Positions 20,886 to 31,360 of a stretch of DNA of 64,000 nucleotides are shown here, in pieces; the stretch's first letter is position 1; every line of letters begins with the position of its first letter. Origin of the DNA: Pseudomonadota bacterium (GTDB lineage Bacteria > Pseudomonadota > Alphaproteobacteria > Sphingomonadales > Sphingomonadaceae); assembly GCA_034211135.1 (NCBI GenBank), contig JAXHVK010000001.1, forward strand, positions 9,675 through 73,674, in the 5' to 3' direction. The notes under the pieces are model-generated. The model searched no databases, was not told where the DNA came from, and saw only the letters and a program-made list of their open reading frames with translations. The position numbers and the translations under genes are program-made.

Positions 20886-21395
20886 TCAGCCCCCTGCGCC
20901 GATGTCAGCGCAATGCGGATCAAGCAATGCGGTATGCCGCCGCATTGCCACACGCGCCAGGCTTTCAATCTGCACCTTGCGCCGTGCCGGAGCCAGCTTT
21001 GTCAATGACGCTTGCCGCAGGATCTCCGCGTCATAGCCGTCAGCGACAATCACGCCGCACGTGTCAGGACAATATGCCGCGCTTTCTAGCGGGGCGCGAT
21101 CAAGCCCGGGCGGCACGGCCCAGTAAAACCGGTCGCAGTAATCGAGATAATCGGGCCATTTCGTATCACCCAACAAATCGCTGCGGGCGACCTTGATCTC
21201 GACAATCACGACCAGCCCCTTGGCATCTATGCCCATAAGGTCGGCGCGCCTGCCATTCTTCAGCGATACTTCCCGCTCGCAGCAGATGCCGTTGCGCGCG
21301 AACAGCCGCGAAACACCACGGGCCACCTGATCGGCACCAATCGAATTGGCTGCAGAAACTGGGTTGTCTATCTGAATTTGAGCGCCGTCCGTCAT
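20886..21395 (-). CDS. mmcB: MmcB family DNA repair protein (PD-(D/E)XK-like)
   Basis: GRRADL...IVEIK...DTKWPDYLDYCDRFYWAV. Confidence 0.85.
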   Translation of the reverse strand: MTDGAQIQIDNPVSAANSIGADQVARGVSRLFARNGICCEREVSLKNGRRADLMGIDAKGLVVIVEIKVARSDLLGDTKWPDYLDYCDRFYWAVPPGLDRAPLESAAYCPDTCGVIVADGYDAEILRQASLTKLAPARRKVQIESLARVAMRRHTALLDPHCADIGAGG

Positions 21396-21453
21396 TCCGC
21401 TCGGTTGGAACATAAAACGAACATGGTCAAGTCAATTGACGACCCTGCCCGTC

Positions 21454-21837
21454 TTACGCGGGTGCGAATTCCTCTGGCCGCACCAGCGCCAGAACTGTCT
21501 CGCGCGCATTGTAGAATTCACGCCAAAGTGCCAAAGCGGGCGCGTGAGCAGAGACATCGCGAGAAACGAGTGTGTCGATCGCTGTCATGCCCGGTTGCAT
21601 CATGGCAGCCATGTCGGAAATATGCTGCTCGATCACATTGCGACGCCAGTCACTGGCGAGAGCAAGCCTGTCAAGGAACGCCTCGATCTCACCGGCAAAA
21701 GGTTCTGGCGAAAGCTCTGCCAAAATTGCGAGCCGGCAGGATTGATCGTGCAAGGAACGCCATCGCTCGGCCAAATTTCCGGCGGCGGCGGCATCGATGC
21801 GCATGGAGCGCGCTTGATCAGGCATGAGAGCAGACAT
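21454..21837 (-). CDS. Hypothetical helical protein
   Basis: 127-aa ORF filling the gap between mmcB and the tRNA locus; GPGLTAL-like motif (QPGMTAI). Confidence 0.5.
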   Translation of the reverse strand: MSALMPDQARSMRIDAAAAGNLAERWRSLHDQSCRLAILAELSPEPFAGEIEAFLDRLALASDWRRNVIEQHISDMAAMMQPGMTAIDTLVSRDVSAHAPALALWREFYNARETVLALVRPEEFAPA

Positions 21838-21972
21838 GAGCTATGGAATAATCCCTGTGTCTTTCGACGAAGTTAAGCGTGGCTCCGCTTGCCTGCTAAT
21901 TTGATCGCAAACCATAATGGGGTAGCGGGCTCGCAAACAGCTTGCTAATGGCGCCAAAGATCATCGCGATCA

Positions 21973-22015
<43 letters not shown>

Positions 22016-22100
22016 GATGTCAAGTCTGGCGATTGTTGCAGGTGTTGGACGAAAGAATTGACTAAACAACGGTTTGAGCGGATGTCGGGTTCGCTCTTTA

Positions 22101-23490
<1,390 letters not shown>

Positions 23491-23511
23491 GCCACGATCT
23501 TTCTTCTAAAA

Positions 23512-23526
23512 AATAATATGATTATT
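23512..23526. promoter_or_regulatory. Candidate TetR operator
   Basis: Perfect inverted repeat AATAAT-N3-ATTATT in the AT-rich gap between the divergent hydrolase and TetR genes. Confidence 0.5.
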
Positions 23527-23568
23527 AAATAGATTCCCTATATGAAAACGAAAGTCTAGAGAGAATTT

Positions 23569-24189
23569 GTGATGGATCCGGGTAAGATAAATGGACGGCG
23601 CAGGCCCAAGGGGGACAAACGCGCACGTACGCGTGCCAAGCTCATTGAGGCCGCGCGAGACTTGATTCGCGAAAAGGGCTACGAACGCACCACCATGGAG
23701 GATGTGGCCCGCCGGGCAGGCATGACTACCGGCGCGATTTACGGCAACTTCAAAAACCGGAATGAGCTTTTCATCGCGCTGTCAGAGACTTACTGGCCGC
23801 CGATTACGCCAAAATTCAAGCCGGGCTCGAACTTTGCCGAAATCATGCACGCCTTTGCAGAGGCGACGATTGCGGCAATTCCCGAACGGCACGCGGCGGC
23901 GGTTGGCTTTCTAACCGGCAGAGCTTATGCGCTAAGTCATGAGGAGATGCGTGTCCGTGTGCGGAAAATCACTGCGGAGAGCTACAACATTGGAGCCGAG
24001 TGGCTCCGTGACGTTGCCGACGAAGATGAATTACCAATGCCTCCAGAAACTCTAGTCCGTATCATCCATGCTATGACAGATGGCCTCCTGCTTCAGCGAT
24101 TCCTCACGCCGGAATTGATGTCGGATGAGGTGTTCCGCGCGGCTTTCGAAGCGCTCGCAACCACCCAACGGATAACTCAATCTGGGTGA
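23569..24189 (+). CDS. TetR/AcrR family regulator
   Basis: GYERTTMEDVARRAGMTTGAIYGNF helix-turn-helix. Confidence 0.9.
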   Translation: MMDPGKINGRRRPKGDKRARTRAKLIEAARDLIREKGYERTTMEDVARRAGMTTGAIYGNFKNRNELFIALSETYWPPITPKFKPGSNFAEIMHAFAEATIAAIPERHAAAVGFLTGRAYALSHEEMRVRVRKITAESYNIGAEWLRDVADEDELPMPPETLVRIIHAMTDGLLLQRFLTPELMSDEVFRAAFEALATTQRITQSG

Positions 24190-24395
24190 AGGAAACTGCC
24201 ACCGGTGCCCATGCTGAAACCGCCAGTTCGCATTTTCAGCGCTCACGGCGGCCACTCCCCGCAGTTTGCAGTCTAACTCACGTCATCAAGTGTATTGTTG
24301 TAGAGGTCCAAGCTCTGTCTTCCGGGCGGATCGAAACAGCGGGATTGAAGTCCCCGTTGATTCTGAGCTCGGTCACGGTCGAACCTATCTCTCCG

Positions 24396-25070
24396 CTAGA
24401 ATTTTTCGGTTTGGGGACGCAGATCCAACTCGAACGTCCAGGCCGATTGTCGTTGCTTCGCCAGCCAGACGAAGGCCTCACCGGCCTCTAGAGGATCGAT
24501 ACTGCGGTTGTCGCTGCCGTCAAACTGATTCACCGAAGGAGTGCCACGCATCAGGCCGTCCAAGATCACATGCGCGGCGTGTACTCCCTTTGGTTGCACC
24601 TCGCGCGCCAGCGATTGTGTAAACCCTCTGAGAGCAAATTTGGCTGAGGCGAATGCGGCGAAATTCGCGCCACCCCGGATAGATGCCGTCGCACCGGAGA
24701 CGAGGATTGATCCCGATCCGCGCTGCAGCATGGTGGGAAGGACGGCCTGTACACCGTTTACGGCCCCAAGTACGGCAACCCGCCAAGCCCGCTCGAAGTC
24801 CTCGGGCTTCGTCTCGGTCAGCGTGCCGTTGTGCAGCAGGGCCGCGTTATGCACGTAGACATCCACGGGCCCGATCGACTCGGTAATGCCTCCAATTGCA
24901 CTGGTGACCGCATCGGGGTTGATCAGATCGACCTTGCAACTGTGATGCGCGCCGTGGGCGTTACCGCGTCTCGACAGACCAACGGTCTCGTAGCCTGCGT
25001 TTGCAAAGGCTGAGACCAAGCCCGCGCCCAGCCCCGGTCCGACACCAGCGATCATTGCGACAGGTTTCAT
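24396..25070 (-). CDS. SDR family oxidoreductase
   Basis: GVGPGLG Rossmann motif, HNAA, FASAK (F in place of the catalytic Y); start ATG 25070 overlaps the MAPEG stop. Confidence 0.85.
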   Translation of the reverse strand: MKPVAMIAGVGPGLGAGLVSAFANAGYETVGLSRRGNAHGAHHSCKVDLINPDAVTSAIGGITESIGPVDVYVHNAALLHNGTLTETKPEDFERAWRVAVLGAVNGVQAVLPTMLQRGSGSILVSGATASIRGGANFAAFASAKFALRGFTQSLAREVQPKGVHAAHVILDGLMRGTPSVNQFDGSDNRSIDPLEAGEAFVWLAKQRQSAWTFELDLRPQTEKF

Positions 25071-25468
25071 GCGATCACTCCGGTTGCCACGGCCAGCACG
25101 ATCATTGTCGCAGCCCAGCCCACCAGAAACGCAACGGTGCGGATGACTGGTACTCCTGCGGAAAAGACAACGTAATGGATGAGACGCGCCCAGAAATATA
25201 CAGCGCAAGCAGCGCCGGCGACCGAGGTGTTCCGACCCAGGAGTTCGACTAGAAGGACGGCGGGTGCGAAAACACACAGGTTTTCGATAGCGTTCGCATG
25301 CGCCAGTTGCGCTCGGACCGCCCAGGCCGACTGAGGTTTGGCGTCCGGCGACGGATTGGCCATCGTTCCCATGAGGCCGCGCACCAGGATTCGATCCAAG
25401 ACGTAAGGCAGGGGCATCAGCCCGGTCAGGAAGGTCGTCGTCGCCAACCAGAATAGTTCTTGTGACAT
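25067..25468 (-). CDS. MAPEG family membrane protein
   Basis: RAQLAHANAIENL and ARLIH motifs; four transmembrane helices. Confidence 0.85.
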   Translation of the reverse strand: MSQELFWLATTTFLTGLMPLPYVLDRILVRGLMGTMANPSPDAKPQSAWAVRAQLAHANAIENLCVFAPAVLLVELLGRNTSVAGAACAVYFWARLIHYVVFSAGVPVIRTVAFLVGWAATMIVLAVATGVIA

Positions 25469-25709
25469 TGCGTCATCTCCTCAGGTTCGCTTGCCTGTTG
25501 CGCTAGACTGCCTCCGCCTACCGCCGATCCTTGCTCCCGCTGGGCAACAGACCCAACCTGGGCAACAGACCCAATGGGTGATGCCGAGGCGGACAGGTTT
25601 CGGCGCGTCAGCTCATTTTTTTGCATTCTCCGCTGGCGGCTATTTGACCGATCATGCATTCTTGTTAGAACACCTATTAATAAAATATATCTATCGGAAA
25701 AACCTATTA

Positions 25710-26624
25710 ATGACGCCGACGATCGTGCAACTGCGTAACGCGGCCCTCGTGGCGGAGGTGGGGTCCTTCAGCGAAGCCGCGCGGCGCGCTAACATGTCTC
25801 AGCCCAGCATCTCGGCTTCGGTGTCTGATCTCGAGGGCATGTTGGGCCGGTCCCTGTTCGCGCGGACGACCCGAAAGGTAGAACTGACCGCGTTCGGGCG
25901 CGCCCTCATGCCGTCGGTGCACGAGGTTCTTGCCGCTCTGAGCAATCTTCAACACGAAGCGGCAGCACTGATCGAGCCTGAGCGCAAAATGATCCGCGTG
26001 GCCTATTCGCCGCTGCTCGACATTCGGCGCGTCGATGCCATGTTCTCGCGTTACCGGCGTGACAATCCGGCGGTCGAAGTCATCTTCAAGGAGTGCAGCG
26101 TTGGCGGCCTCGAGAAGCGCCTGGTTGATGAGCAGGTTGATATCGCATTCGGTGTCGGGCTCTCGGCGGAGCGTGGTCGCAGTCGCTGCGCGCTCTTTGA
26201 GGACCGGCTGCATCTTGTCCCTCCCTTTGGCTTTTCAGACAGCCCGACTGTTGAGAAAGAGCTGCGAGAACTCCGCGCAGAAACCATTCTTCTGACATCG
26301 GGAGAGTGCGGCCTAGCTCCTGCCACAGAGGCACTGTTAGTAAGTGCCGGGATCGATGTGTGCTACTATGTTGGGCGGGCGATGTCTCACACTGCCTTGC
26401 AGGAATGGGCGGAACTGGGCCTTGGGGCGGCGTTGCTTCCAGCGTCACGCATCACAGGTGATGCCGGCCGCTTTCCAGGACTGGTTCGGGAGGGCCAGCC
26501 CGTGACGATTAGGCACGAGGCCGTGTGGCTAAAAGATGTGAGGGCCGTTCCGCATATCAATGCCTTTCTGAAAGGCCTGCCCGAAATTGCCCGCGCGATG
26601 GCGAAATCAGGGGTATGGGCCTGA
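25710..26624 (+). CDS. LysR family regulator
   Basis: GSFSEAARRANMSQPSISASVSDLEGMLGRSLFARTTR; divergent from the MAPEG-SDR pair. Confidence 0.9.
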   Translation: MTPTIVQLRNAALVAEVGSFSEAARRANMSQPSISASVSDLEGMLGRSLFARTTRKVELTAFGRALMPSVHEVLAALSNLQHEAAALIEPERKMIRVAYSPLLDIRRVDAMFSRYRRDNPAVEVIFKECSVGGLEKRLVDEQVDIAFGVGLSAERGRSRCALFEDRLHLVPPFGFSDSPTVEKELRELRAETILLTSGECGLAPATEALLVSAGIDVCYYVGRAMSHTALQEWAELGLGAALLPASRITGDAGRFPGLVREGQPVTIRHEAVWLKDVRAVPHINAFLKGLPEIARAMAKSGVWA

Positions 26625-26668
26625 GGTCTGTCACTCTCGACGACGGCCATTCATCGCTTTCCAGTTTG

Positions 26669-26875
26669 CTAGCCGAGTGCGGACACGCCAAGACGATCCT
26701 GGAGGTAGACGATAATCTCGTCGCGGGCAGCGATGGTGGGCTCGCCATCTCGGTCGATCAGGTGCTGTGTGACCACACCGTGAGGCGACGGGACATGTTT
26801 TACGAAGAAGGGCGACGGGTCTGGGATGGCTGCGTTTTTTGGCAGGTCATGTAGCTCGAAACGGCTCCCGAAATG
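26669..26875 (-). pseudogene. C-terminal remnant of a dienelactone-hydrolase-like gene
   Basis: RFELHDLP...PFFVKHVPSPHGVVTQHLIDRDGEPTIAARDEIIVYLQDRL resembles dienelactone hydrolase family C-termini (recalled); no intact N-terminus. Confidence 0.5.
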
Positions 26876-27257
26876 GGGACTGTCGGCTCCCCGCCTAGCT
26901 GCGGCACTGAAATATAGCTCGGCCCTATTGAGCATTGGGCGGCACATCACCAGCGACTGCGCGCCGAACACCTGAGCTATTGGATGGCTCTACACTCAGC
27001 GCGCTCGCCGCTCTCGAAAACAATGAACTATGAAGGGAAGAAAATCCCCGAATAACTGCGAAGCCCGAGGAGCGTAGTCCAAGATGAGTACCAATATACT
27101 TCCTACCCACCGGATGCGGCAGTTCGCCTTTTAGCGCTTGGGATGCGCCAATCTCAAAACTAAACGTCCTTAGGCGCCGCTTTAAGCGCATTGGTACGTA
27201 TCTGAGTTTTGCGTTGCCCGGCGCTATGGAGTTCTCTGGGCATCAGATCATTTGCCG

Positions 27258-27740
27258 TCAATCGCCGCCGAAAGGATGGTCGATCAAGAAGCGCCATTGG
27301 CCATCAGCCTCCTTGCGCATCACTTCAATGCCATTCCCCGCCATGGCCACCTCGCCTTCATTTTCGATCCTCCACGATGTCTTGCTGAGAGCCATATTGT
27401 TGGTTTCGACAACTTCAACGGTGTCGATGGTCATGGTGCCGGGAACGCCTAGAAACCCAGTCAGGGCCTCGCGGATCTCGGCATGACCCGAGGACAGAAC
27501 GCCAGGTTTTGGCACCAGCGTCCCATCGACAACGAACAGGACGGTCATCGCGTCGATATCGCGGGCGTTGAAGGCTTCGGCCAAAGCGGCCTGGAGCAGT
27601 TGGGGTGACGTGATCATGCGCATGTTTCCTTGTGCAGCGACAGTGGGCGGACGGAATTGCGCTGTCACGCCGACCAGTGCCGTAGCAGCGCCGTTTCGGC
27701 CGAAAACTCTTCGTGTTAGCGACCGGTTGTTCCGGGTCAT
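27258..27740 (-). CDS. NTF2-like/SnoaL-fold (YybH family) protein with putative Tat signal
   Basis: AFNARDID...EVMRKEADGQWRFLIDHPFG; N-terminal TRRVF. Confidence 0.75.
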   Translation of the reverse strand: MTRNNRSLTRRVFGRNGAATALVGVTAQFRPPTVAAQGNMRMITSPQLLQAALAEAFNARDIDAMTVLFVVDGTLVPKPGVLSSGHAEIREALTGFLGVPGTMTIDTVEVVETNNMALSKTSWRIENEGEVAMAGNGIEVMRKEADGQWRFLIDHPFGGD

Positions 27741-27867
27741 CTTACCTCTATCCACCTGTTGTCAGTTTCAGACACTGAGAAACATAGATGGTGCGCTATT
27801 GCAGCGCTAGGTTGACCAAATTCACCTTCCCGGTGCAAAAAACCGCCAAACCGGCAGGAGAGCGCCC

Positions 27868-28734
27868 ATGACCGATCAACATTTCAACTGGGATGACCTC
27901 CGCATCATTCTGGCGGTAGCGCGATGCGGCTCGGTGCGCAGAGGAGCAGCCCAGTTGACTATGCATCACTCCTCGGTGGTGCGCCGGATCAATGCATTTG
28001 AGGAAAGACATGATGTCAAAGTCTTCGAGCGGCAGAGCTCCGGCTACGTCCCAACTACCAGTGGTGAGGACATCGTAGCTGCCGGCGAGGTGATTGAAGC
28101 AGAGGCGCTGGCTCTGGAACGAAGGACCATGGGTCTTGATGGTCGAGTTAGTGGGAAACTCCGGGTGACACTGCCCACAGCGCTTGCCTCCCATCTTCTG
28201 ATGCCGCAAATCGTCGCGTTCTGTCGGGCCCATAAAGGGATCGAACTGGTCATCAACGCAACGCCGGAGTTGTCTGACCTGACCCGGCGCGAGGCCGATA
28301 TAGCAATCCGCATCACGGCAAGCTCACCGCCTGAGCACTTGATCGGGCGCCGCGCGGGTCGCTGCGCCTTTGCCTATTACGGGTATTCGTCAGGTGACGG
28401 ACATTTGGGGTGGACGGCCGAGGCGCGGTTTCATGGTCTTGGCTCCTCGCGAGAGACGTTGCCATTGGCCATGAACGACGTGCATCTGCACCTCGCAGCG
28501 TCCAAAGCCGGTTACGGGCAGGCCTTGTTGCCGCGCTTCATAGGCGATGCCGAACCGGACCTGCTCTTTCTCGGGCCAGAGGAGACCGGAAAGGCGGTAG
28601 ACATCTGGGTGCTGACCCATTCGGACCTTGCCCGAACGGCGCGTGTCAGAGCCTTCACCGAATTTGCGTTTCAGGCTTTACGGTCTCATCAAAGCGTGCT
28701 GGACCCCGAAAGTTATCAAGTACAGAACGATTGA
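27868..28734 (+). CDS. LysR family regulator
   Basis: NWDDLR...SSVVRRINAFEE helix-turn-helix; RREADIAIR. Confidence 0.9.
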   Translation: MTDQHFNWDDLRIILAVARCGSVRRGAAQLTMHHSSVVRRINAFEERHDVKVFERQSSGYVPTTSGEDIVAAGEVIEAEALALERRTMGLDGRVSGKLRVTLPTALASHLLMPQIVAFCRAHKGIELVINATPELSDLTRREADIAIRITASSPPEHLIGRRAGRCAFAYYGYSSGDGHLGWTAEARFHGLGSSRETLPLAMNDVHLHLAASKAGYGQALLPRFIGDAEPDLLFLGPEETGKAVDIWVLTHSDLARTARVRAFTEFAFQALRSHQSVLDPESYQVQND

Positions 28735-28918
28735 ACACCCACAATGTCGCCTGCCATGTCCAGCCGGGGGTAGCTTCAAAGAAATTTAGTGGGGTCATGC
28801 GCCGACGGACAAAGAGGACCGCCGCAGGCTAAGAAGCGAACTACACTTTCGATACTTTCGATAGTGCCCCGAGTGCGAGCTGCCGATCCAGAGAAACGAA
28901 GTGTTGACGATCTCAAGC

Positions 28919-28932
28919 CGACCTACTAGTAG
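28919..28932. promoter_or_regulatory. Candidate operator 1 of the NemR-like TetR, overlapping its promoter
   Basis: CGACCTACTAGTAG lies within TTGACG-N17-TAGTAG; 12/14 identical to the site at 29521. Confidence 0.6.
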
Positions 28933-28938
28933 ATTGAT

Positions 28939-29499
28939 ATGGATACTCGTGATGCCCTCCTCGACAGTGCCGAGCAGCTCGTCCGCAGTCGCGGGTTTGA
29001 TGCGATCAGTTATGCTGATCTGTCTCACGAGGTCGGTATCCGAAAAGCGAGTATTCATCATCATTTTCCCGCAAAGGCGGATTTGGCGCTTGCGCTGATC
29101 AAACGATATCGAACGCACTTCGACGAGGTGCTGGAACGCATCGCGGATGAAGCGCCGACTGGGGGCGCTCGGCTGGATGGCTATTTGGACGCTTATCGAG
29201 CAGCACTGAAGGGGGGATGCGCTGTCTGCCTCTGTGTCGCTTTGAGCGCCGGGCGTGACAGCTTCAGCGATCCCGTTTTGGCAGAGCTCAACGCGTTTAA
29301 TGAAAGTAGCATGCGCTGGTTGCGCGAGACGTTCGAGGTGGGTCTCGAAGACGGTTCGATCCGCGATGTGGCCACCCCAATCGACGAAGCCGCCGGAGCG
29401 CTCGCCGTTGTGGAGGGCGCGCAGCTTATAGCGCGCGCCGCCGGTGACGTCGCTCACTACGACGCGGCAACGGCGCTGCTCAGAGGCAGGGCCTCCTGA
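28939..29499 (+). CDS. TetR family regulator, NemR-like
   Basis: GFDAISYADLSHEVGIRKASIHHHF helix-turn-helix; Cys cluster GCAVCLC. Confidence 0.88.
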   Translation: MDTRDALLDSAEQLVRSRGFDAISYADLSHEVGIRKASIHHHFPAKADLALALIKRYRTHFDEVLERIADEAPTGGARLDGYLDAYRAALKGGCAVCLCVALSAGRDSFSDPVLAELNAFNESSMRWLRETFEVGLEDGSIRDVATPIDEAAGALAVVEGAQLIARAAGDVAHYDAATALLRGRAS

Positions 29500-29520
29500 G
29501 CTACCATTTATCCACGAAAC

Positions 29521-29534
29521 CTACCTATTAGTAG
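29521..29534. promoter_or_regulatory. Candidate operator 2
   Basis: Pseudo-palindrome CTACCTATTAGTAG just upstream of the SDR ribosome-binding site. Confidence 0.6.
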
Positions 29535-29547
29535 AAAGGCATGTAAA

Positions 29548-30321
29548 ATGACACGACGCTTCGAAAATAAAGTCGGGATCGTCACCGGCGGCGGTTCCGG
29601 GATCGGTCAGGAGGTCGCAAGACGCTTTGTAGCAGAGGGTGGTCTTGTTGTTCTGAACGGACGGGACGAGGAAAAGCTCAAGGCCGCGGCGAGCGAAATC
29701 GGTTCGGACGACCAGATCGCAATCGTCGCTGCCGATGTGGCAGATGTGGCCACAGGAGCGCGGCTCACTGAAGTCGCAACAGAACGTTTCGGTGGCTGCG
29801 ATGTCCTCTTCAACAACGCAGGCGTCTTTGCGCCGAAGCCCTTCGTCGAGCTGACCGAGGCGGACTATGACCGATTTCTGGACATCATTCTAAAGGGCAA
29901 ATTCTTCGTCGCGCAAGCGGCCGCCAAAGAAATGATAAAGCGCGGGGGTGGCGCGATCGTGCAAACGGGTTCGATGTGGGCGATCCAGGCGATCGGCGCG
30001 ACACCGTCGTCGGCCTATTCGGCCGCCAATGCAGGTGTACATCAGCTCGTCAGGAACCTCGCGATCGAACTCGCGGGCGACAAGATCAGAGTGAACGCCG
30101 TCGCGCCCGCCGTCGTGGAGACACCCGTCTACAACACCTTCATGTCTGACGAAGAAGTCGCAGCGACTCTGCCCACTTTCGACGCCTTTCATCCGCTTGG
30201 ACGCAATGGTCAGCCTGCCGACATTGCAGAAGCGATCCTGTTTCTCGCTTCTGAAAGCGCCGGGTGGATCACCGGGCAGGTGCTCTCCGTCGACGGCGGC
30301 GTAACCGCCGGTCGTCAGTAG
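29548..30321 (+). CDS. SDR family oxidoreductase
   Basis: TGGGSGIG, NNAG, YSAAN (N in place of the usual K), RVNAVAP and VDGG. Confidence 0.92.
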   Translation: MTRRFENKVGIVTGGGSGIGQEVARRFVAEGGLVVLNGRDEEKLKAAASEIGSDDQIAIVAADVADVATGARLTEVATERFGGCDVLFNNAGVFAPKPFVELTEADYDRFLDIILKGKFFVAQAAAKEMIKRGGGAIVQTGSMWAIQAIGATPSSAYSAANAGVHQLVRNLAIELAGDKIRVNAVAPAVVETPVYNTFMSDEEVAATLPTFDAFHPLGRNGQPADIAEAILFLASESAGWITGQVLSVDGGVTAGRQ

Positions 30322-30332
30322 GAGGCTCCCCG

Positions 30333-30653
30333 ATGTTTGACATAAAGAACCTCACCCGCCTGAGCGAACTCGGACAGGACGCTGCCGATCCGTGGGCCGC
30401 GTTCAAAGCCTTCGACGAAGCTGCGCTCAAGGACGGAGCGATCCCGAAGAAATACAAGGAGCTCATCGCCCTCGGCGTCGCCCTGACGACACAGTGCGGC
30501 TACTGTGTGGAAGTCCACAGACGCGCTGCGACCGCCGCCGGTGCGACGCCCGAGGAGTTGGCCGAGGCGACCTTTGTCGCCGCGGCGCTTCGGGCTGGCG
30601 CGGCAGTGACGCACGGCACCCATCTACTCGCCTTCAAAGGGACGCAGCCGTGA
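30333..30653 (+). CDS. Carboxymuconolactone decarboxylase / AhpD-like protein
   Basis: KELIALGVALTTQCGYCVEVH (CxxC). Confidence 0.88.
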   Translation: MFDIKNLTRLSELGQDAADPWAAFKAFDEAALKDGAIPKKYKELIALGVALTTQCGYCVEVHRRAATAAGATPEELAEATFVAAALRAGAAVTHGTHLLAFKGTQP

Positions 30654-31360
30654 TGCTCGTCAACGCGGACTTCGACGCCCCCGTCACGATCCGCCCCCAA
30701 GATCGGCGATGGGTGCCCTCGCCGACGGGCGGCGTCGAGCGCTGCATGCTCGACCGAGTGTCGCTCGACGGCGCTGTCGGCGAAGTCGCACGCGCGACTT
30801 CGCTGGTGCGCTTCGCTCCCGGATCGTCCTTTCCCACGCACACCCATGGGGGCGGGGAAGAGTACCTGGTGCTCGACGGAACATTTTCGGACGAGACGGG
30901 CGATTTTCCGACTAGCACCTACGTACGCAACCCGATCGGCACGGCCCATGCGCCACACACGAAGGATGGCTGCACGATCTTCGTGAAGCTGCACCAGTTC
31001 TCCAATGACGACACCTTGGGGTTTGACGTCGACCTGGCAGGCCAACTCGCATCCGCCCCAGAGATCGGCGGCGTCAGAGAGACGCTGCTCCATAGCACCG
31101 AAGACGAGCAGGTGCGGGCGGTCGCTCTCGAAGCAGAGGCCATGCTGGACCACGACGGAGTAGGCGGCGCGGAGCTGCTGGTCCTCGAAGGGGCCCTTGT
31201 CGTCCTGGGCGACGATTGGCCCTCGGGCACCTGGGCGCGCCAGCCGGACGGCGTACCGCTCGTGGCACGGGCGGGACCGGAGGGCGCGACGCTCTGGATC
31301 AAGACTGGGCACCTCACCGCGCAAGCCGTCGCGGCGACTACGCGATCACCCAGTCCGTGA
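30653..31360 (+). CDS. ChrR-like double cupin protein
   Basis: HTHGGGEEYLVLDGTFSDE and HAPHT; TGATG overlap with the upstream gene. Confidence 0.85.
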   Translation: MLVNADFDAPVTIRPQDRRWVPSPTGGVERCMLDRVSLDGAVGEVARATSLVRFAPGSSFPTHTHGGGEEYLVLDGTFSDETGDFPTSTYVRNPIGTAHAPHTKDGCTIFVKLHQFSNDDTLGFDVDLAGQLASAPEIGGVRETLLHSTEDEQVRAVALEAEAMLDHDGVGGAELLVLEGALVVLGDDWPSGTWARQPDGVPLVARAGPEGATLWIKTGHLTAQAVAATTRSPSP

